From: Breznakia blatticola
GTDB taxonomy: Bacteria > Bacillota_I > Bacilli_A > Erysipelotrichales > Erysipelotrichaceae
Direction: 5' to 3'
NCBI RefSeq assembly: GCF_004365815.1
Contig: NZ_SODD01000026.1
Span: 1-32,000 of the forward strand
Length of the DNA: 32,000 nt
Below are positions 25,533 to 32,000 of this stretch, piece after piece; the first letter of the stretch is position 1, and each line of letters begins with the position of its first letter. The notes beneath the pieces are model-generated. The model ran no database searches and was not told the DNA's origin. It was given only the letters and a program-made list of their open reading frames with translations. The position numbers and the translations under genes are program-made.

Positions 25533-25817
25533 ATGAAACATAAAATTCAGACAGTTTGTGGTTTTGGTTGTGGCTCTTCACTAATGTTAAAAATGAATGT
25601 AGAAGCAATAGCTAAAAAACACGGAATTGAAATTGATGCGTTTTGCGGAGATGTTGGAACATGTTGTTCTAATGAATGTGATGTAATCTTCATCTCTAAA
25701 GAACTTGCAGAACGTATTGCAGAAAGAACAAAAGTACCGTTAGTTGTATTCAACAACTTTATGGACAAAAAAGAAGTAGAAGAAAAAAGTTTAGCCTATT
25801 TTGAAACGATTAAATAA
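25533..25817 (+). CDS. PTS EIIB component, ascorbate (UlaB/SgaB) type
   Basis: 94 aa with the 'KIQTVCGFGCGSSLMLKMN' active-site Cys loop. Confidence 0.8.
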   Translation: MKHKIQTVCGFGCGSSLMLKMNVEAIAKKHGIEIDAFCGDVGTCCSNECDVIFISKELAERIAERTKVPLVVFNNFMDKKEVEEKSLAYFETIK

Positions 25818-25843
25818 GAGATAGAAAAAGGAGAGTATATAAT

Positions 25844-27118
25844 ATGGCAGTATTTAATTTTATTATTAAGGAAATATTTGGACAGGGTGCAATATTTCTA
25901 GGATTGATTGCATGTATTGGTTTATTATTGCAAAAGAAATCCGCTTCAGAAGTAATTCGTGGTACGGTAATGACCGCAATGGGATTCTTTGTATTATCAA
26001 CAGGGACAGGATTAATTACAGGAAACTCGATTGATGGAATTGCAACAGCATTTAATTCCATCATGCCTACAGCAGTAGAATCAACAAATGTAGATATCGG
26101 TGCATTATATGGTACAGAAATTGGAATTGTAATGTTGGTTGGATTTGGGATCAACCTATTAGTTGCTAGATTCACAAGATTTAAATCTGTATTCTTAACA
26201 GGACACATGTTATATTGGTTCCCGTTTGTATTTATCGCTGCCGGAGTAAATGCAGGACTTACTGGAACAAAATTAGTAATTATTGCAGGTTTATTTACTG
26301 CAGTATATATGGTAGTTTCACCAAACTTAATGCGTCCATTTGTAAAAGAAGTAACTGGAGATGACTCATTTACAATTGGTCACCCAACGACGATATTATC
26401 TGTAATTTCAGGGTTATTAGGAAAAGCATTTGGAAACAAAGCAAAATCAACAGAAGATTTAAATATTCCTAGTTCATTAAGTTTCTTACGTGAAGTATCA
26501 ATTACTGGATCTATTGTAATTGCGATTACATATATTGTAATGTACTTTATCTTACAAGGTAATGGAATGGATCCTGCAGTTGTATGGGGATATGCAGAAT
26601 CAGGAACAACAGCATTTAGTTACATTTTCACACACGCAATTTACTTTGGTGTAGGGGTTACGATTATGTTACAAGGGGTACGTATGTTAATTGCAGAAAT
26701 CGTGCCAGCTTTCCAAGGAATTGCAGAGAAATTCGTACCTGGTGCAATCCCAGCATTAGATGTACCAGTTATCTTCCCTTATGGACCAAATGCATTAATT
26801 ATTGGATTTATCGTAGCGATGATTACATCAACAATTACGATTATTCTTACTGCAGGAATGTTCCCTACAGTAATTATTCCACTAACATTCACTTGTTTCT
26901 TTGAAATTGGATGTGCGGCAATTATTGGGAATGCCACAGGTGGAATTCGTGGATGTATTATGGGAGCAGCAGTGAGTGGTATTATCATGGTTCTTCTTGT
27001 TGGGTTTGGAGCATACTTCTTTAACGATACGATCCAACAATGGATGCTTGTATATGGAGGACAAGATTTCTCACTATGGGGTATTCTAGAAGGATTGTTT
27101 GCACGCTTATTTGTGTAA
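25844..27118 (+). CDS. PTS EIIC component, ascorbate (UlaA/SgaT) family
   Basis: 424-aa polytopic protein, colinear with the UlaA-type EIIC pattern. Follows EIIA and EIIB. Confidence 0.8.
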   Translation: MAVFNFIIKEIFGQGAIFLGLIACIGLLLQKKSASEVIRGTVMTAMGFFVLSTGTGLITGNSIDGIATAFNSIMPTAVESTNVDIGALYGTEIGIVMLVGFGINLLVARFTRFKSVFLTGHMLYWFPFVFIAAGVNAGLTGTKLVIIAGLFTAVYMVVSPNLMRPFVKEVTGDDSFTIGHPTTILSVISGLLGKAFGNKAKSTEDLNIPSSLSFLREVSITGSIVIAITYIVMYFILQGNGMDPAVVWGYAESGTTAFSYIFTHAIYFGVGVTIMLQGVRMLIAEIVPAFQGIAEKFVPGAIPALDVPVIFPYGPNALIIGFIVAMITSTITIILTAGMFPTVIIPLTFTCFFEIGCAAIIGNATGGIRGCIMGAAVSGIIMVLLVGFGAYFFNDTIQQWMLVYGGQDFSLWGILEGLFARLFV

Positions 27119-27129
27119 TTGGATAGTCT

Positions 27130-27873
27130 ATGAAATTTGCCTATTTTGATAACATCAATGAGTTATTAAAACTTGTTGAAGAAAAAGAACACGATGGAAT
27201 GGAAGCGAGTGTAAATCTACTATATGAGTGTATTCAAAGAAAGAACAGTATTTATACCTTTGGTGCAAGTCATGCAGGAATTATAAGTGAAGAGTTATTT
27301 TATCGTGCAGGTGGACTTATGCTATTTAATCCGATTTTTGGACGTGAGATGATGTTAGATACATCACCAATTACGCTAACTTCACAAATGGAACGTACAG
27401 TTGGATACGGGACAGCTCTTGCTAATAGTAAAGTAAACTTTAAAAAAGGGGATGTCTTAATTGTCCACTCTGTATCAGGAAGAAATCCAGTTGCATTAGA
27501 TGTTGCAGAAGTAGCAAAAGCAGCCGGTGTCCACATTATCGTAATTACAAATGTAGTATATTCAAAATCAACAACATCACGTCATCCAAATGGAAAACGA
27601 TTATTTGAATATGGAGATATCGTATTAGATAATCATGGGGATATTGGAGATGCTTGTGTAAGTATTGAGGGACTCGAGCAAAAAGTATCACCAACATCCA
27701 CAATTATTGCTTCAAGTATGATGCATGCAATTGTAGCGAGTCTTACACAAAAACTAGTGGATACAGGTATGAAAAAACCACCAATTTTCTATAGTGCAAA
27801 CTTAGATGGTGGAGATCAAAGTAATCAAGAATTATACAAATTGTATAAAGATGAAATCCACTATAAATTCTAA
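27130..27873 (+). CDS. SIS (sugar isomerase) domain protein
   Basis: 247 aa with 'IYTFGASHAGIISEELFYRAGGL' and 'VHSVSGRNPV', typical of SIS-domain proteins. Confidence 0.7.
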   Translation: MKFAYFDNINELLKLVEEKEHDGMEASVNLLYECIQRKNSIYTFGASHAGIISEELFYRAGGLMLFNPIFGREMMLDTSPITLTSQMERTVGYGTALANSKVNFKKGDVLIVHSVSGRNPVALDVAEVAKAAGVHIIVITNVVYSKSTTSRHPNGKRLFEYGDIVLDNHGDIGDACVSIEGLEQKVSPTSTIIASSMMHAIVASLTQKLVDTGMKKPPIFYSANLDGGDQSNQELYKLYKDEIHYKF

Positions 27874-27883
27874 TATTAGATTG

Positions 27884-27915
27884 AAGATGACATGTCGTTT
27901 GATGTGTCATCTTTT
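27884..27915 (+). terminator. Rho-independent terminator of the PTS operon
   Basis: AAGATGACA / TGTCATCTT stem followed by a T-run. Confidence 0.6.
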
Positions 27916-27974
27916 CACTGTATACATTTCATTTTCTTATTGAAAAAATAACATCTGAAACATATAATTTAGTT

Positions 27975-28340
27975 ATGGATAAATCAATAAAAGTTGGACT
28001 TTTTAAACAAAAATATAATACAGTTTTAAATACAAATTTTCCAATATATGACATTGTTAAGTCAAATGGATTGAAACACCATTTGATAAAGAATAATCAC
28101 AGTAATTGTCTATGTTATTTAGATAAGATAGAAGAAATATTACATGATCCAACATATATTGGTCAAAATGCAAGACACTCTAATAGCATAGAATTAATAA
28201 AAAGATATGACGATAATATACTAGTTGCTATGAAACTAGATAATAAACATGGATGTTGGTATGTGGCAAGTGTGTATGATGTTCCAGAAGAAAAAATAAT
28301 AAGAAGACTGCATAGTGGACGCTTAAAAAAATATAAGTGA
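27975..28340 (+). CDS. Small basic protein, possibly a PBECR-type (barnase/EndoU/colicin-like) nuclease domain
   Basis: 121 aa. The '...GLKHHLIKNNH...YLDKIEEILHDPTYIG......IELIKRY.DNILVAMKLD' layout resembles PBECR-type domains as I recall them. Identification is weak. Confidence 0.3.
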   Translation: MDKSIKVGLFKQKYNTVLNTNFPIYDIVKSNGLKHHLIKNNHSNCLCYLDKIEEILHDPTYIGQNARHSNSIELIKRYDDNILVAMKLDNKHGCWYVASVYDVPEEKIIRRLHSGRLKKYK

Positions 28341-28607
28341 AAGTTATAATAATAAAAGTGATTATAGTGTGTCAAGTTATTTTTGAGGTAGTTGTTAATT
28401 GAATTGACAGTTTTTATTCCATATCTTTATTATGCTGAGTTCAAGAGTCAAATATTTGACAAACAAATTAAACTATAGTATATTTTAGATACCAAAAATG
28501 GTGATTAGCAGTATATATTTGAAGTAGAAAATGGTTCTCTACACACCTAGTGATAGGTATCTGAGATGATGGATACACCGCCCATCCAAATGTATATTGC
28601 TTACATA

Positions 28608-28637
28608 GGGTGATCAGAAATGGTCACTCTTTTTTTG
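28608..28637 (+). terminator. Terminator-like hairpin
   Basis: GGGTGATC-AGAAAT-GGTCACTC (two G:U pairs) followed by T7. Which transcript it ends is unclear. Confidence 0.45.
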
Positions 28638-28802
28638 TTATATATATACTCATAACTGCTTTATTTATCGTTAAATATAGTTATCCAGGGGTTTTGTTAA
28701 TTTTCTGTTAACAATGTAAATATTTGTTAAATAAAAAGATACCATATGTTTCAATGTGTACTGTTTAAACAGTGCAATTTTATAAGCGCAAATGAGGTAT
28801 GT

Positions 28803-30483
28803 ATGAATTTTTTAAACGCTGAGTTTATTAAGTCTGCTGTACTGGTTTTAGGTGGTTTAGCATTGTTTATTTATGGAATAGATTCAATGAGTGAGGGACT
28901 CAAAAGTATTGCTGGATCAAAGATTCGTGACTATATTGAAAAATATACGAGCAATCTATTTATGGCTGTACTTGTAGGGACAATTGTTACTGGAGCCCTT
29001 CAATCATCAACTGCTTCAACAGTGATTTCTATAGGGTTAGTTAGAGCTGGATTAATGAAGTTGGAACAAGCCATTGGGGCAAACATCGGTAGTTGTTTTA
29101 CATCGATTATGATTGGTATGATTATTGAAGATTATGCATACTATATTATCTTTATTGGTGTTTGTTTGATGTTACTAGTAAAAAAGAAAAAGTGGACATA
29201 TTTAGGAAAAGTATTCCTTGGATTTGGTTTATTATTTGTAGGTCTTCAAATTATGGGAGATGAATTAATTAAAATTGCGGATACTGCAATATTTAATGAT
29301 GCAATGGTATTCTTAGGAAAAAATCCATGGTTGGCATTATTAGGTGGAACCATTGCTACTGCAGTATTACAATCATTTGCAGCGGTTGTGGGATTGTCCA
29401 AAACTATTTACCACAGGGATTATTACGCCTGTAGCAGGTGCTGCATTCATCTTTGGATCAAATGTAGGTACAACACTTACTGCAATCATTGCGGGTGCTG
29501 GAGGGACTGTATCAAGTCGTAGAGCTGCATGGTTCCATGCGGTGTACAATATCGTCGGTGCCATCTTAGGAATGATTTTAATGGTGCCATTCTTATGGTT
29601 AGTTGATTGGGTGAATTCTTTTATTCAAGGTTCACCAGAAATGTGGATTGCCCAAGCACACTTAATCTTTAATATTCTATCTACAATCTTGATCTTACCG
29701 TTTGTTGGCTACAGTGTAAAACTATTAAAGATGTTAATTCCTGGAGAAGATCGTCAAGGTGCGAAAATCGAAAGTATTGATAACTTAGATTTCTCTTTAA
29801 TTGAAACATTACCTGCAGCAGCACTTGAGGTATCAAGAAAGAATACGCTACGTATGGGTCGTAATACATCAACCATTATGGATATGAGTAAACGTTACCT
29901 TGAAAGCAAGAGTTCAGAAGACTACGATGAAATACAAGAAGTAGAAGCAACTGTTAATAAGTATGATGAAACATTATCCAAATACTTATCAGTGATTGTG
30001 CAGCAACAAAACCTTGCAAAAGATCAAACCAAAGAGTATTCACGTAACTATGTTGTTGTTAAAAACTTAGAACGTATATCCGATTTATCGGTTGTATTAT
30101 CTCAATTCTATAAATTAGTGTTTGATGAAAAAGAAGGATTCTCAACTACTGCAAATACAGAACTACACAAAATGTACAGTCTATTAGAAGAAATGTTACC
30201 TGCAGCTATGAATGTATATGCAGATATCGATAAAGAAGAAAATGTAAAAAAAGTTGGAGAAATTCATCTACAACTAAAAGAACTTGAAGAAGGATTTAGA
30301 GATAGCCATTTTGATCGTATCGTCGACTACTCATGTAAAGACCAAGTAGCAGCATCAATTTATGTAGATATATTATCAAACTTAATGCGTATGGGTGAAC
30401 ATATACTAAATATCGTAAATAACTCAGTTTCTAAATCACAAGTGATTTCTAAACACGTAGAACCAGAATTAATTGCAGCATAA
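28803..30483 (+). pseudogene. Na/Pi cotransporter family protein (two Na_Pi_cotrans repeats + PhoU-like C-terminus) interrupted by a +1 frameshift
   Basis: ORFs 28746..29522 and 29344..30483 are colinear halves. Removing one A from the AAAA at 29400-29403 restores '...AVVGLSKLFTTGIITPVAGAAFIFGSNVGTT...'. Confidence 0.75.
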
Positions 30484-30487
30484 ATAT

Positions 30488-30519
30488 AGACAGTGGAAGT
30501 TAAATTCCATTGTCTTTTT
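30488..30519 (+). terminator. Rho-independent terminator
   Basis: AGACAGTGGAA / TTCCATTGTCT stem followed by a T-run. Confidence 0.65.
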
Positions 30520-30642
30520 ACATACATAGAGTAACAATGAAAAATAAACCCTAATTCCTTTGAGATTTTACGTGTTGTTTGTTACTATTTGGTTAGTGTT
30601 ATTTGTGCCTTCAGTGTGAAGTTGAAAGGTATTGTGGAGATA

Positions 30643-31338
30643 ATGAGGGTACATGCAGAAATAAAAAGAATAATAGTAGTTGATGATGAGAAAGAATATA
30701 CATCAGCACTAGCAAAGAAGTTAAAGAAAGAAGGCTATAAAGTTGATTGTTTTAGTGATCCGGTTAAAGCGATTTCGATGGCTATAAAAAAACCATATGA
30801 TTTAGTAATTTCCGAATATAAATTCGAAAATATGGACGGATTTCAATTGGTTGGAATATTACAGGGGATTATGCCAACATTACATAGCATCCTCTTAACA
30901 AAATGTTTAGATGAAGCTGTAGAACTTCGAGCGATTGAAAGTGGAATTGATCAATTTATAAATAAACAAAAAAGTATTGAGGTAGCGGTAAAATATATTG
31001 TAGAAATTCTAAATAGAGAATATCAACAAGTTTTTACTCCAAGAGAGTTGATTTCACAAGAAGAAGGAATTGTCTTGAATACAAGAAAACGAGAAGTTTA
31101 TAAAGATGATCAAATTATTGATGTAACAAAAAAGGAATATGATTTACTTTTATTATTCTTAAGCAACAAAGGGGTTGCATTAAGTCGAGAAGCAATTGCA
31201 GAACAATTGTGGACGACAGAAATTGAAGAGATTGATTTGCGAGTTATTGATGGACATATCAATCGGCTTCGAGCAAAGTTAAATTTGTTTTGTATTAACG
31301 CGATTCGTGGATATGGCTATAAATGGAATGAACAGTAA
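30643..31338 (+). CDS. OmpR-family response regulator, atypical receiver (Glu at phospho-acceptor position)
   Basis: 231 aa from the ATG at 30643. Receiver 'IIVVDDE...YDLVISEYKFENMDG...SILLTK...FINKQ' and a winged-helix C-terminus '...IDGHINRLRAKL......IRGYGYKW'. Confidence 0.75.
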   Translation: MRVHAEIKRIIVVDDEKEYTSALAKKLKKEGYKVDCFSDPVKAISMAIKKPYDLVISEYKFENMDGFQLVGILQGIMPTLHSILLTKCLDEAVELRAIESGIDQFINKQKSIEVAVKYIVEILNREYQQVFTPRELISQEEGIVLNTRKREVYKDDQIIDVTKKEYDLLLLFLSNKGVALSREAIAEQLWTTEIEEIDLRVIDGHINRLRAKLNLFCINAIRGYGYKWNEQ

Positions 31339-31774
31339 TTTTTATATGAATATACACATATCGTAATCAAATCAACTTCATTTGTATGTGATGGATGTTT
31401 CTAGTTTTACCGATTTAGAAAAAAATTCACGTATTTATAAGGAAATACGTGTCAAGTAGGCACAAATAACACATAACTTCTTTTGTGCTTCATATAACAA
31501 ATAATACATACTATTTATACAGAAATGTGTTTGATTGCACTTGTGTGGATTGTTATAATGCCTTTGATAGAGATAGATCTATCATTCTATAAGCGGGGGT
31601 TCCCTTCTTATTAAAACACACACACAAAGGAAAAAGGTACTCTTATATAGGGTATCTTTTTCCTTTATGAAGTCTTTCTCATTTTTGACATAAATTGAAC
31701 AATTATCATGATTCTTCGTGTTTTTGTTTAGGGTTAACCTACGTATAATGAATAATTGAAAGAGAGGATACGAA

Positions 31775-32000
31775 ATGAAAAAGACAATTATTGGGTTATT
31801 ACTTTGTTTGATATTAGTTGGGTGTTCAGGTTCTTCAAATAAAACAGTATGTACATTTAGCAAAGGATCTGATTCTTATGAAATCACAATCACAGAAGAT
31901 AGAGAAAAAATCGGTCATGTTAATTACACAATAACAAGTGTTGATGAACAATATAAAGATCTAAAAGAAGATGACGTTAAAAGTTTTGAAACACTTATGC
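31775..32000 (+). CDS. Putative lipoprotein (partial, runs off the window)
   Basis: ATG behind an AGAGAGGA RBS. 'MKKTIIGLLLCLILVGCSG' lipobox. Open frame to the window end. Confidence 0.65.
   Translation, partial: MKKTIIGLLLCLILVGCSGSSNKTVCTFSKGSDSYEITITEDREKIGHVNYTITSVDEQYKDLKEDDVKSFETLM

Noticed and set aside
28480-28637. Possible riboswitch or leader upstream of the Na/Pi cotransporter (local hairpins plus a terminator).
   Set aside because: I recognise no riboswitch core motif. The terminator lies ~165 nt before the start codon, with a promoter-like TTGTTA-17-TAAATA between them. It more likely ends an upstream transcript.
31582-31863. 93-aa minus-strand ORF.
   Set aside because: It overlaps the RBS, start and signal peptide of a much better supported + strand lipoprotein gene, and it has no RBS.
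1-32000. Scan for CRISPR arrays, tRNA/rRNA genes, and integrase or recombinase genes.
   Set aside because: I found no regularly spaced repeats, no cloverleaf-like GC-rich segments, and no tyrosine or serine recombinase-like ORF in the six-frame track.

Overview
Low-GC, Bacillota-like chromosomal segment, coded almost entirely on the + strand. I saw no rRNA, tRNA or CRISPR array.

(1) 1-13.4 kb is a polymorphic-toxin/immunity island.
- An Imm33-like immunity gene (137..667).
- An N-terminally truncated orphan toxin with an AHH-type HNH nuclease C-terminus, plus its immunity gene (916..3119).
- A tightly coupled six-gene operon (4357..8291): four small accessory proteins, a PT-TG/WHH-nuclease toxin and a SUKH (SMI1/KNR4) immunity protein.
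- An IS256-family remnant fused to a decayed TNT-like toxin C-terminus, with an intact orphan immunity gene (8707..9867).
- A second toxin (10219..11712) whose first ~334 codons, plus 270 nt upstream, are a near-identical 1.27-kb direct repeat of the first toxin. It ends in a TNT/DUF4237-like putative NADase domain with its own immunity gene.
- ISL3 and IS200 remnants close the island.

The island plus the next block is bracketed by an exact 21-bp direct repeat containing the start of a dsbA-like gene.

(2) 13.5-17.7 kb holds two tandem lipoprotein + polytopic membrane protein modules.

(3) 17.8-22.3 kb holds a DsbA/FrnE-like gene, an Ldh-family dehydrogenase, three DUF975 paralogs (two from an ~820-bp tandem duplication) and an XRE-TM regulator.

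(4) A RelE/ParE-Phd toxin-antitoxin pair on the - strand with a perfect palindromic operator.

(5) A PRD regulator + ascorbate-family PTS EIIA/EIIB/EIIC + SIS protein operon.

(6) A lone PBECR-like ORF, a frameshifted Na/Pi cotransporter, an orphan OmpR-type response regulator with Glu at the phospho-acceptor position, and a partial lipoprotein gene.

The most interesting signal is the toxin module. It has no recognisable LXG or signal-peptide export domain, and its repeat architecture would allow C-terminal toxin switching.
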